Origin: Trypanosoma brucei
Taxonomy: Eukaryota
Length of the DNA: 64,000 bases
Assembly (NCBI GenBank): GCA_000002445.1
Contig: CH464491.1
Location: 4,896,001-4,960,000 of the forward strand
Direction: 5' to 3'
The position numbers were made by a program, and so were the translations under genes. The notes under the pieces are model-generated. The model had not been told where the DNA came from. It saw only the letters and a program-made list of their open reading frames with translations, and searched no databases. This document shows positions 45,028 to 57,390 of this stretch, in pieces; position 1 is the stretch's first letter; each line of letters opens with the position of its first letter.

Positions 45028-45526
45028 CGGCCATACCGGTCTCGACTGGTAGGTCCTCCCTCACTAGTGTTGATACACCACCTCCTTTGCAGTTACGAGC
45101 TATTCCGTGATGTTGGTAGCCAGCAACGCTAAAGCAAGCCGCCTCTCCAGGCGTCATCCTTGTCTCACTCAACAGACAAAAGGCGATCCGCTCATCAACA
45201 AGGGTTTTGTGGAGTGCTAATCTCTTTCCTTGAGATAGCCCGGCGCAGTTCCACTGCATCCCGCGCAACGACGGGCCGGGATTCTCTTCCACATCACCGG
45301 ACAGCAGCATCTTAGTGCGGATGATACTGCTGATGGCACGCTGGCACGTGCCCAGGGACCGACAAATGAAAAACGGTGTCTCAGCAAGACGCTGCTGCTC
45401 CCTGTGCTGTATGATGCTGTAGCCGGAGCACAGCAGTGTTCCCCATGAAAGGAACGCTGCTGGCTCTTGGCTTCCCCCGATGATACGGGGTACTGGACCC
45501 TGGCACCACGTTGAGGTGGCCGGCAT
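45011..45526 (-). CDS. ingi ORF N-terminal segment with canonical 2A-like motif DVEENPGP
   Basis: MLLSGDVEENPGPSLRGMQWNCAGLSQGKRLALHKTLVDERIAFCLLSETRMTPGEAACFSVAGYQHHG (apurinic endonuclease domain start). Confidence 0.75.
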   Translation of the reverse strand: MPATSTWCQGPVPRIIGGSQEPAAFLSWGTLLCSGYSIIQHREQQRLAETPFFICRSLGTCQRAISSIIRTKMLLSGDVEENPGPSLRGMQWNCAGLSQGKRLALHKTLVDERIAFCLLSETRMTPGEAACFSVAGYQHHGIARNCKGGGVSTLVREDLPVETGMAVVGGS

Positions 45527-45646
45527 CGCCAGGGGGAACAGGTCATAGCATCCAACTACAAAACGGTTCGCAGCTGGCAGTTTCTGGCAGTAAAAACAGC
45601 CGATAACATAAGGAGGTCAGGCTTCAAAGCCCTAGTTGTTTATGGA

Positions 45647-46870
45647 TTGCAGAAAAATAATATGGCGGCTGAATCGTACCAAAGAAACAGGCAACCGCTG
45701 GAAGCAGCTGCAAGGGCGCTGAGACAGCGGTCAGCAAACATGTCAACAGCCTTGCAAATTCAATTAATTACAGCAGTGACAAACTACGGCACGATTGCGG
45801 CCGGCACAACCGCCTACAACAGCGGCAGCAGCGGATCCTGCAAATACACCGGCATCAAGGCGCAAGCGACGCCAAAAGCATGCGAAGTAAATCAAGATGC
45901 GCTGCAAAAGATTAACAGCTACACAGTAGGCAAAGGCAAATTTAACCAACTTCAGTTGATTGACGACAGCTACCTGACGACACTAACATTAGACGCAATC
46001 GCAGGGACCAAGGTAAACCCAACAGCAAGCTCAAACACGTACACCCACGGGGACTGCCAACACGGCGAACCAACTGGCGTAAATTTCGCGGGCACTAACG
46101 CTCTAGGACTGAAAATAACAAAGCTAGGAACCGACCCGAAGATCACGAAAGCTACAATAACAAAATCGGGAGCTGACTGCCCAAACAAAGTGCAAACAAC
46201 GGCGACCAGCGCAGCCGAAAGACTTGCCTACCTTGTATGTGAAGCAGAAGAAGCCAAGCTGCCAGATGTGCAGAAGCTCTCTGAGCTAAAACTGGAAGAC
46301 ATATCCGGCAACGACGCCATTCTAGCGGCACTAAGTGCGATGCTACTACCAGGTAAAGGAGGATCGGACGCTTTCTCGGAACAACATAAGAGCGAACTTA
46401 AAAAAATAATAAACCATGTTTATGGCGCCGACAACCAAGCATTTCAAACAAACTACATAAAACCTCTTACGGAAGAGATAAAATTCAAATTTAATGGAAT
46501 CGACGTTGCGGGCACAGTCATTGACGTAACGGCCGGGACCCAAGGACCGTTGGCTATAGCTTACTACGCAGGAAAGAATATTCCCAAACGAAAATCAGAA
46601 ACCAGCCCACCATTGGTTGGTTCAAAGAAAGGAACCGAGTGTGAATTAATAGCAGACAAAGAGAAATACAAAACAGAAGATGGATGTGCGTTGAAGGGTG
46701 ATAAATGTGTAGAAGCAGAGGCAAAAGCGAATAAGAAGAAAGAGGAGAAATGTGCAGTAAAACAGCAAAAGGAGTGTGAAGATGGCTGCAAATTGGAAGA
46801 AAAAAGTGCAAGGATTCCAGTTTCCTCGTCAATAATAAATTAGCCCTCATGGTTTCTTTATTTGCGGCCT
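45647..46870 (+). pseudogene. VSG pseudogene, 5'-truncated (no signal peptide), C-terminal frameshift
   Basis: ORF 45647-46843 has VSG N- and C-domains (ECELIADKEKYKTEDGCALKGDKCVEAEAK...CEDGCKLEE). The tail KDSSFLVNNKLALMVSLFAALLF is in another frame. Starts about 110 bp after the ingi 5' end. Confidence 0.75.
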
Positions 46871-47149
46871 TGCTGTTTAATTTTTCTGGTACTTTAAGAA
46901 ACTATTTTCTCAATTTTATTAAATTTATGAACGTTTGATATTTTGAGGGAATTTTATAAATTTACTAAAATTTAATATATTATAATACTTTTTGAGAAAA
47001 ATATGAAAGTTAGAGAATTTTTGAAAAACTCAAAAAAGTGTACAAATGTGGTCTCTTGGTGTAATGTAGATAGTATAACAAGGTATGAAAATTGAGTGCT
47101 ATTATGAACTATTTCTAATTTAGTTCATTTAGCAGATATTAGTTGTGGT

Positions 47150-47720
<571 letters not shown>

Positions 47721-48586
47721 ATACTAATACAATAGAAAAACGTTGACCAAAAACTGGAAACAAGAAGTATAGGCGCTTTAAACAATAGAAAGGGTGAAAT
47801 GGCTGTAATTGGGTGATAGGAATGCTGAGTGGTAAAGAAAAATGGCACAAAGACAATTATTAGGAAAAAAGAGTGCAGAGAAGAAGAGAAAGAGGGATGA
47901 AGATGAAATATTAACAGTTTATAGCAAAATATTACGATCAGTGTCATCATAATATACACGGTTAATGATAGAGGAGGCTGTATTCAGTATACAGGTTAAA
48001 TGGAGTCGCTACCTTTTGCAAAGCATGAAACAAAAAAGATGAAAAGGAAGAAAAATACGTAGTATGATAAAGTGATGCATGAAAGCATAGTGTGAAATAG
48101 TATAGTCAATTATCGATCCACACATTTTACTAAAGTGGGTTAGATAGAAGCGCAGAGGTGATGGTATAAAAAGGTGTAGAAATGGTTAAAAAGCCATGAT
48201 GATTGGAGTATCGTGAAGGTTCAAGATGGGTGGGGCGGCTGACAAAGAAACTAGTAAACTTCTTACTGTATTTTAGTGAATCAGTGACTCAAAACTGAAA
48301 TTACCATTAAAATGTATAGAGAGAGACTGTTTATTCAACAACTGACATGCATGTGGCTGAAGCTAACTTTGAGAACAAAAAAGTAGATAAATGGTGAAAG
48401 ATAAGCTTCTGTCACCGAGTTTACACCATTTTACAGCCAAATAACATCAATACAAAGTCATTAATTACATTTGTAAACACTTTTTACTTTACCAAACACC
48501 TTAGTAAAGAACTCACTTTTTTGTTTTAATTTTTCTACAATTTTATAAGATATTTAAAGTTTTCATTAGTATGGTATTAGTATTTT

Positions 48587-49522
48587 ATGAATTATATAAG
48601 ATGTATCTATGCAAAACTATGTTGTTTAACTTTTATTGTTATGAGTATTAATCTACTTGTGTCGGTATGCAGCTTGTTTGGTGAGGGTGACCCTATTTCA
48701 CTAGAAGTTGTTGAGGATGAGTGTATTAAATTTGTTTCGAAAGATGTAAGGATGATTTGGAAAGCCGACGATTATTTGGTTGTAGCTGGAATACCTTCCA
48801 TAGATAATGATGGGAGATTGAGAAGGCGCAACCTTCAGAGGGAAACGTGTTGGAGTTATCCCGAAGCGGCAAGGAAGGTAAATAATTTTACTGGAAAGTT
48901 GTCTGTAGTATATACCCTTTCACCTCATACAAATAGCAATTGCGAGCTCAGAGTAATCGCTGAAGAAGAGGCGGAGTTAAAGCAGGATATTATTATTTTA
49001 CCTGTTTGCGATGTGAATCCAACAACATATAAAAAAGTTGGAGATGCGGGTAATTGGGGGTGGAAAGCGGAACTCACGATGAGCAGGAAGACGTATTAGT
49101 GGTTCAAATTTGCAGTTGAAATATTTAAACCAACTATTTCCTATATAATGAAAGCAGATGATGATATTTTTATGAGGGTGCTATTGTATGTAAAATATCT
49201 GGAAGTGCTTCCAAGGGATAGATTGAATATGGGGAGGGCGATTGGATATTATAAAGATTTTAGTGACGAAATTACATGGCATACTATTGGTTATGCGTCC
49301 ACTTCATCTAGGGATGTATTTGAGGAAATTGTTGATTATAAAACTCTGAAAGGCCGAGTCAAGTCACACGTTAAGTTACGAAATTTAGAAGCATATATTG
49401 ATTTTAGACCACTCAATAAAGACATAATGGTTGGCGAAGTTATAAGAAATAAATTTAAATTTAAGGGGTTATTGACTGTGGATATGCAGGATTGTCGTCA
49501 TGTAATGCATCCCGGTAGATAA
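48587..49522 (+). pseudogene. Beta-1,3-glycosyltransferase-like (UDP-Gal/UDP-GlcNAc-dependent GT family) pseudogene
   Basis: Membrane anchor CCLTFIVMSINLLV, RETCWSYPEAARKVNNFTGKL, ILPVCDVNPTT. After a frameshift (49148-49522) it reads MKADDDIFMRV (a KxDDD motif typical of beta3-GT/GT31-like enzymes). About 65% identical to the 35016-35471 copy. Confidence 0.55.
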
Positions 49523-50039
49523 TTTCAAGAAATAAAACCAGCAAATACAATAGGAATTCATCATATAAGAGAGACAGATTATGCATTTTTAGTGGAATTA
49601 TGGAAAAAACTGGACTCACCACGGCGTCAGGAACAGAGAATAACGTATTTGCAACCGTTTTTGGAGAAAGCAAAATGATTGCACTCTAAAATAAGCACAA
49701 GCTGCTGTGCGCAAGCTGATAAACAGGCTTCATAAAGGGGAAATGGAAACGAGAATAAGACCACATTCACCAGAAAACCATAACATCAGAAATGACCACG
49801 CAAGTGGCGAATACGAAAAGACAAACGGCCACACAAGCGCTTCTTATCAACAAAGTTTAGGCTCTAGGTCCAAGCAAGCGAGCAACATTATAAACCGTGC
49901 ACAATTACACTATGCTAACACAAACTTTTTTTATACTGAAGACCCTGTTTCTTATGCAATATATTACGGCCCCGGAAACAGTGGCAGTGCAACCCGGATA
50001 CAGCGGTGCATAGCACAAAGAATTATGCTGACTCGTTGA

Positions 50040-51400
50040 ACGAGCTCAACGACCGCCAGCCCAGGTTGTAAACAAACTCGAAGCAAAAGCGGCTACGGAC
50101 ACGATTGCACTATTTAACATGACGTTCAGCGAAGACAGCTGGCAAAGGCTTTGCGCATAAGACACCGAAAACAACAAGTGGGAGAGGGTATAAGTCAAAT
50201 ACACTGACCAGGGACAAAAAACAGACTGGGCAAAAAACTTGGAAAACTGGAGAAAAGTGGCGAAAGACCTCGAGGCCAAAGCAAACGACGACGCATGGAA
50301 AGCGAAGCACGCCAAGCCAACCATCCCACACGCTCTACACTTAGCGCAGCGGAACCTAAGGCAACTAGCAAGACAAGCGGCAGCGGAGTACCTGCTGTAT
50401 CAGACACTGGTAATAACCGCCAATGCTGCCGACATCACAGCGGTGCTCATAAACCTAAGCTCAGCCCTTAACGGCGCCACCGCTCAATTGACGAAGCCGG
50501 TAAAGCCGACAGACTTGGGAATAGCAGCAAGCGCAAGAACAACGGGGATGTCTGGTGGCAACAAAGTCGGACAAAAGCTTCTATACGACCTAGCATGCTT
50601 ATGCGTAGCGGAAACCAAATACTACAGCAAGGTATGCGTAGAATTGACCGGCAAAAACGGCTGGACCAGCACACAAGGTAACACAATAACCGATGCAACC
50701 GCCGCCCTAAACGCCTGTGGCATCACACAGAACCCCAGCTTAACAGCCCGCGCCACAAGGGCAGCGATAGCCAACTGCTACAGCATGCTCGGTAGGCACA
50801 GCGACGCTAACTCAAATTCCGCTATACAGGGTAGATCGACAGCGGGGCAGAAATGCAGCGGCGGTGCCGACGACATGTGTGTAAATGCGGGGACTACATA
50901 ACAACAGGTGACACCACAAAAAACAAACCAATACTATGGGTCGAAAAAATGCTTCAAGAAGTCACGGCACTAGAGAGCAGAGACAGTCATGTGACTGAGG
51001 CTAACAGCGTGCTGCACAGGCTCCTAAAGCTACGGGAAGCAGCCAAAGGAGCGTTCGAATTTGCCGCGCTCCTCGCAGAACTTCTTTTGCAACCTAAACA
51101 TGCGGCAACAGGGAAAACGGACCCACAGAAAAAACAATGCAACCAACGCAAAAGCAATAAAACTTGCACAGCAAACAAATGAAAATGGGGTAGCACAACA
51201 GAGCCAACAGGAGACCATTGTAAACCCAAAGATAGAGAAGCGCGGACAAATCAAGGAACAGGAGATGGAGCTTCAGGGGCAGGTACAACATCAGAAAAAT
51301 GCAAAGGGGAATTGGAACCAGAATTCACCAAGGCTCTTGAATGCAAATGGGAAGACAACAAATGCAAAGATTCAAGTTTCCTCCTAAGAAATTCGCTCTG
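50040..51400 (+). pseudogene. VSG pseudogene (no signal peptide, several stops/frameshifts, truncated GPI tail)
   Basis: N-domain ORF 50239-50901 (LYDLACLCVAETKYYSKVC...). Upstream reads KAATDTIALFNMTFSEDSWQRLCA-stop in the same region. C-terminal domain in two frames ends ...CKWEDNKCKDSSFLLRNSL stop. Confidence 0.7.
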
Positions 51401-51639
51401 AATATGGCTGCTTCATTTAAGGAATTGGTAGAATTTTAACGGTTATAAAATTCTAAGGATGTTTTTCCAGTTTAATGAAATTTACTTTTTGAGAGAATAA
51501 GTGAAACATGCAAATTTTGAAAATAAGAATATTTGACATAAAAATAACCTATGAATACAAATAAATGGGTAATATAATACACAATAAGTGCTATCATGGA
51601 CTCCTATTGGCTTATTTTGTGTGTTTTATGGGTATTACC

Positions 51640-51795
51640 TGAGGTTACAATAAAAATAATAAGAGAGTGTTGTGAGTGTGCATATACTAATATTATAATA
51701 ATAGCAGTAATAATAGTAGTAATAATGATAATAATAATAATTAAATACTGTTGTGAGTGTGTGTATACGAATATTATAATGAGAGTGCTGCGGAC
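51640..51795 (+). repeat. 70-bp repeats (2 units)
   Basis: AAGAGAGTGTTGTGAGTGTGCATATACTAATATTATAATAATAGCAGTAATAATAG... and TACTGTTGTGAGTGTGTGTATACGAATATTATAATGAGAG. Confidence 0.8.
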
Positions 51796-52615
51796 ACAAT
51801 TAAACTTTAAAATAGATGTACTTAGAATAATTGAAAGTGATCAATGGGAATAAGTAGGTATACGAGAAAAGGAAGGAAAAAGGAAAGGAGACAAAATGTG
51901 CTCAGATTCAAACGACAGTATGACGATGGTCATTATTATACAGAAAGATATGATAGAGGGGTTGATGAGGTAGAAACAATGTGCAGGCCTAATAGAGTTA
52001 GAGCGTCACTCGCCCCACCACCATCACAGAAATTTGTGATATATGAGTATTAAAGAAAATGTTGGATTTCATATCTCACTATATAGTGGATATATTCTTT
52101 GCAGAGATGATTGCAGCAGCGGCAGTAGCAGTAGTTCCAAACGCTACGCTGATGGAAGTCTTATGATGGAAACCGTGTAATTGGAATAGCTAGCACACGG
52201 AACTGGTAAAATTCCTAGCATATCTGAACTAAGCAGTGAAACAAGATACTTCCATTAAAATAACTATGCGTATAGGTGAAATTTAAGAAATGCAATAAAG
52301 GAGTAGAACTCCTCTAGCGCTCTCGGCACCAGCTGTTGCTAAAACTGAATTATAAAACAAAAACCTGTAGATACCCGTTTAAAGAGAAGCTGCACACACT
52401 AAGAATACATTTTTCATCAGATACATCATAACAATATCAAGTCAATACCTATGTATATAAAACTGTTTCTTAACTAAACAGCTTAGTAGTACATCTGGCT
52501 TATCTTTCATGAGTTTTCTACATTTTTTTCTAATAACAGCCTAAAATTATAAAGGTATATTAGGCAATAAAGTTTCGTATGTTGAGAAATTTACTACTAC
52601 CGTTGTTATTACGTT

Positions 52616-53500
52616 GTGTATTTAAGTACAGTATCTCTTGAAAGTGAGCAAGTAAATAACATAAACAATGTGTTGGTGAATTACACTAAGAAACCCAGAG
52701 TATTTGCGGTTTTAGTTCAATCCCATGAAATTCAAGGATGGTGCAGGCTAATATTGAGTGCCAAACTAAGTGATGTTGAAATTATTACAGTTGAAATGGG
52801 AGGTTTGTATAGTAATGTCAAAAGGCCTAGATGGGTTATGGAGTTTTTAGAAAGACAGAACGTAAGTGACGAGGATATTGTAATTCATGTGGATGAATCT
52901 GATGCTATTGTTTCTGATCGTGATATGTATGAGAATGCGGTGGACTATTTTATATAAAATACAACTGAAAATGAACATAAATTTAGCGAAGAGGATATAG
53001 TTAAAGAGCATGTGGAGAGATGTTACTGAGCTTTCAATATTCGACACACAGAGAAAAAGTGGATAAGAAATTACCTCATTTACTAAAATACCTCCTAGTG
53101 GAAACCCCTATCTTGGTGTTTGTGGTTTGATAGCCAGAGTTTGGGCATTTGGGAAATTTGAATATGCTTTTGGAGAGTTACTAAAGGGAAGTGAGAAATG
53201 GTGGTCGGAATAGAGTATCTATACGCCACTGCTAATATGGAGTGTTACACAGGAGGAAGCTGTTTGACAGAGATTTGTTTTGAAGAGAGGAATTATTGGA
53301 TTAGATTATGAGGAGAGATTTTTTACTATTCCATATAGTGGAGAAGTTGAAGAGACCCCATTCATTCATTTTTCAGAGCAGCTAATTGCAGGGGCCAGAT
53401 GACAAAATTGATTGTGAGAAATCTTACTTGGTGTGAAGAATTGGAAGGAAGGGAATTCGGTACGCAATATTTGAATTAAATTGAAACTTTTTTGATACAT
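52616..53500 (+). pseudogene. Conserved hypothetical ORF family (second copy), frameshifted
   Basis: ORF 52616-52957 plus a downstream homologous block (PPSGNPYLGVCGLIARVWAFGKFEYAFGELLKG) in another frame. Paralogue of 33300-34140. Confidence 0.35.
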
Positions 53501-53804
53501 GGAGAGGAATTGGATTTTGAATATATGAATGTTTGTGATGAAGGTTTTATAGAAGAAGATTTTCTTTAAGCTAAGAAAGTGTAAAAGCTATGCAGCTCGC
53601 CTGGTGACTGCACCTAATGCTGTTAATGTGGCATGACCACAAACGTTAGACACGATTTCCTGTTAGAAAATATAAAGTACCTCTGCATCGACTAGCGGAA
53701 AGTGGCTCCACAGGCAACATCTGTAACTTAAAGCGAATACAACACAAAAGGAAGAATAGTGTAGTGTAAAACAAACGAATAGTGCTTTGAGAAGCTGGAG
53801 AAGA

Positions 53805-55280
53805 TGCCAACACTTCATCGCCAACTTCTGTGGTTTGTAGGACTGTTTACAAGTCTCGCTGAGCCGGCGGGAGAAAACGTCAGACAATTCTACGCCTTGT
53901 GTACAGCATAGCAAGCTGCACGAGCACCCCTGGATTAACCACAAACAGCAGACGACAACAAAGTGGAAGCAGTTCCGGAAACCATCAAAGCACTCTACGC
54001 GACAGCTACACCAGACCAGTACTTCAACAATGAAACGTATGGCCTGTTCACAGCAAAAGCGGAATTCGACGCGATCAAAAACACTCTCAAAAACACAAAA
54101 ACAACAGACGAACAATTAGTTTATAAAAGAATCCCAGAAAAGCCAACAAAAAAACCGGCAGAAACTGCTCTAGAAAGGCTGTACAACAAAACAGACCAAC
54201 TAGTAACTGCTGCAAACGCCAAAATCAAAAATATAAAACAAAAGCACACAGAAGCGAGACAACAACTCGAACAGACGCTAGGCGGCAAAACAGACGCCAG
54301 CACCGTCTCTTCTGACGACTTTACAGGACGTCCAAACGGTTGCACGCCAACAGCCGCTAACAGTGCCAAGCAAACTTTACCGCAGGCGCTGGTATGCCTT
54401 TGCTCGGCCAGCAGCAACGGAGGCGGCATATGCGGCGACGGCATCGGCGACACAACATACGGCACCAACAGTGCGAGTACAGCAGCAGCAGCGCTATACA
54501 AGAAACTCGCGACAAAGTGCCCACAACCCAGGACGCTACGAGCGACGCAAAGGAGCCTCACGGCAGCCCTAACCGCAGTCACAGCAGCCATTGACAACCC
54601 AGCCTTCACAGGGCATACAAACACGGGGACATACGTCATCGGCAATGGGAATGGCGGCGACTGCGCAGGAGGCGACTCGAACAGCGCATGCGTCGATTAT
54701 ACCGAAATCATGAAAGGCGGCGACATAGCGAATGTAGCTTGGGCAGCAAACTTACAAGCGGCGAGCACAAAGTTAGACGAAGCTAAAAACCTTCAAGCAG
54801 AGCTGTACAACCTGCGAACGGCCATCAAGCAAAATGAGAACCTAGCGTGGAAGATCCGCGACACAGCAGATATTGTGGCCGCGGTGCCCCGGAAGACCAC
54901 ACCAACTCAGCAACGGAAAATAACAGAAATCGACTGCGAGAAAAACAAAGAGAAAAAAAACCTGCACAGAAAACAATAACTGCAAATGGGATAGCAGGAC
55001 AGAGAAAACAGGAAACCACTGCAAACCTGCAGATGGAGAAGCGCAGACAAAAACAGCAGGGGGAGAAGCAGAAAAAGATAAGTGCTCTGCCGCACAAAAT
55101 GCTGAGGACTGTGCAAAAGTGAAGGGCGATATTCCAACAGGCAAAAAGGCTGTATGTGGGTGGATAGATTATGTCGAAGGCACTGGTCCAGTAACTCCTG
55201 GTTGCCGCTCTTCCAGCTTCCTCCTAAGCAAACAATTCGCCCTCAGAGTGGATTCTTCTTTTGTGGCCTTGCTTTTTTAA
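53805..55280 (+). pseudogene. VSG pseudogene (in-frame stop after signal peptide; C-terminal frameshifts)
   Basis: MPTLHRQLLWFVGLFTSLAEPAGENVRQFYALC, then a stop, then ORF 53963-54979 (LVCLCSASSNGGGICGDGIG...). C-terminus AVCGWIDYVEGTGPVTPGCRSSSFLLSKQFALRVDSSFVALLF is in another frame. Confidence 0.75.
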
Positions 55281-55318
55281 AACAAATTTTCCCCCTCAAT
55301 TTTTTCTTGCTGAAATTT

Positions 55319-55334
55319 GATATATTTTAACACC
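55319..55334 (+). promoter_or_regulatory. VSG 3'UTR 16-mer (exact TGATATATTTTAACAC)
   Basis: Direct match about 40 bp after the VSG C-terminus. Confidence 0.8.
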
Positions 55335-55509
55335 CTAAATTTCCACAGGAAATTATTGTATTATTTTGACTTCCTGCACCTGTGAATTTTTTTGTTGATT
55401 TCTAAAAAAAATCTTCCACTTTTCTGTTGAATGTTTTGCATTTTTTTTAATTTTCAATTTTTTTGATTTTTTAATTTTTTAAATCCCCGAGGACACATTT
55501 AAAAAACAG

Positions 55510-55600
55510 AAAGGCGGGTTATTCGGGTTAGGAATTTTAATTTTTTTATTTTAAGTGACGAAGTGGCCTTTTTTTGATGCGAACCCTAACCCTTATTCAG
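55510..55600 (+). repeat. Telomere-hexamer-bounded element, copy 3 (short core)
   Basis: GGCGGGTTATTCGGGTTAGGAATTTTAATTTTTTTATTTTAAGTGACGAAGTGGCCTTTTTTTGATGCGAACCCTAACCCTTATTCAG. The distal end GCGAACCCTAACCCTTATTC equals the corresponding ends of copies 1 and 2. Confidence 0.55.
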
Positions 55601-55799
55601 AAAGCATATTGATCGCCTTTTCGTGACTCTCTTAAACTAACATTTCCAGCATCTGAAATTTTCAACTCTGTATTTTGCGTTGTTTCAGATTTTTTAATTT
55701 AATTTTTTTTACCGTTTTGTATTTCGTTGCTTCTACAACGGTTTTTTTTGCAATGCCACTAAGCCTCCTCAGTCCGGTCGGCGCCTCAGCTTTTTGTGT

Positions 55800-56180
55800 G
55801 TGTTCGGCGCCACAAAATGCAGCCCCGGTCTTAATAGCAGCCGAAACAGAGGAAACTTGCTCAACGAAAGGAACAGGAGATAACTGCAAACCCCCTGCAA
55901 AGACGTTAAAGAAGAAGGTGGCAAAAAAGTTCAAATTGAATACAGAAGCAACAAAACAAACAAAAAAACAAACGGGAACAGGAAGGACAAGTGCCTGAGT
56001 AGATTGCAGTAAACTTGAAACGCAAGAGAAATGGGAGAGGGCCAATGAAAGCCAAACCACCAAAGTTCGCGAATGGAAGGGAGAAACTAGTTACTTATCT
56101 GACAAATAAGGTTATAAATGCAGCTCTTCCAGTATTTTTATCAATAAGAAATTTTCTCTTATGGATGCTACTTATGTGAT
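55800..56180 (+). pseudogene. Orphan VSG C-terminal-domain fragment
   Basis: ORF 55675-55998 (...CSTKGTGDNCKPPAKTLKK...) plus, in another frame, ...GYKCSSSSIFINKKFSLMDATYVIW (GPI-signal-like tail). No N-domain. Confidence 0.45.
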
Positions 56181-56366
56181 CTGGTAGTATTTAAAGGATA
56201 TTTGCTCAACTTTATAAAATTTTCTACTTGGAGAGAATTTGTTATTTTACAACAGTTTGGTGTAAAAGTGGCCGATGTATATAAATTAGTAGGGTGATAG
56301 AGCGTGTAAAATGAGTTATTCTCTGGTACTTTCTATCTCATAATATTTTTTGATTTTACACATTAC

Positions 56367-56440
56367 TTAGGGTTATAATACAGTAATAATAATAATAATA
56401 GGAGAGTGTTGTGAGTGTATATATAATAATAATATGGGTG
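56367..56440 (+). repeat. 70-bp repeat unit preceded by TTAGGGTTA
   Basis: TTAGGGTTATAATACAGTAATAATAATAATAATAGGAGAGTGTTGTGAGTGTATATATAATAATAATATG. Confidence 0.75.
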
Positions 56441-57390
56441 TGATGTGGGCACGTACTTACTTATTTTATAGTGAGGAAAGTGCTGGCAAAGCAAAGTGGA
56501 GATCATAAATAATAGCAACAAAATGAATGACATGACTGCAGTGAGGGGAAGTGAGAGAGAGATAGTGTAGGATAAAACGAGTGATATTATTCAAGGATAC
56601 AGAAAAGGAGAGAAAACGGATTATTGACATCATAACACACAAGTGGTGACGATTGATGTAAAAATGAAGAAGAAACACAGTGCGGTGTACACACAAAATT
56701 GAGACACAGCAACTAACGCAAAGAAGCTCTACAAAACACCGAAAACCACTATTGTAAATATTCTTCTAAGAATTCTCATTAAAGTAAATTACTTTTACTT
56801 AAAGTACAATAATGAGCATACAGTAATATAACAAAAGACAATTAAACCGGAAAAGGAAGCTTAATTAGTGTAAACGCTAGTTTTTCTCCAGAATTAACTT
56901 TTTCTACGAGAATGAAGACAAAACGAAGTAACTTATAGTTGCATGGATCCCTGCACAAAGTGTTAAAAACAGAATCAACTGAGAATGAATGTATTCTCAT
57001 AATGTGACTGTGCAAGTATAGAAGGATAAATGGCATGGGTTATGACCAGGTGATTTTGGAAATTATATAAAATTAAGACGTCTGGAAGAAGAGAGGTTAC
57101 CGCGAATTTTTCCATAAATTGAAAATCTTTAAAAACCACAACGCAGAAAAGCGACAAAGATGAACATATTACTAACTAAAAATGTGTATGAAGCATAAAT
57201 GGAAATAAAAAGAATCAAATGTCACCTTTTAAGACAAGCAAAAAACCTGAAACACTAACTAAAAAATCATTCGTTTATGTTTTAACTCTAAGCAAAGCCG
57301 TAGACCAAGACATCAGCCAAAAATATAGACGCTCACTTTTGTGGGCAACGTAAGCAAAAGGCCACATCAAAGCCACCCAGAAGGCAAACG

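Larger units (their letters stand above)
40284..45534 (-). mobile_element. ingi non-LTR retrotransposon, full-length (~5.25 kb), near-intact
   Basis: Poly-T 40284-40292 followed by the reverse complement of the ingi 3' terminus. 5' terminus CCCTGGCGATGCCGGCC lies at 45534. The ORF is interrupted only by a 5' frameshift near 45011-45027 and one in-frame TGA at 42457-42459. Confidence 0.9.
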
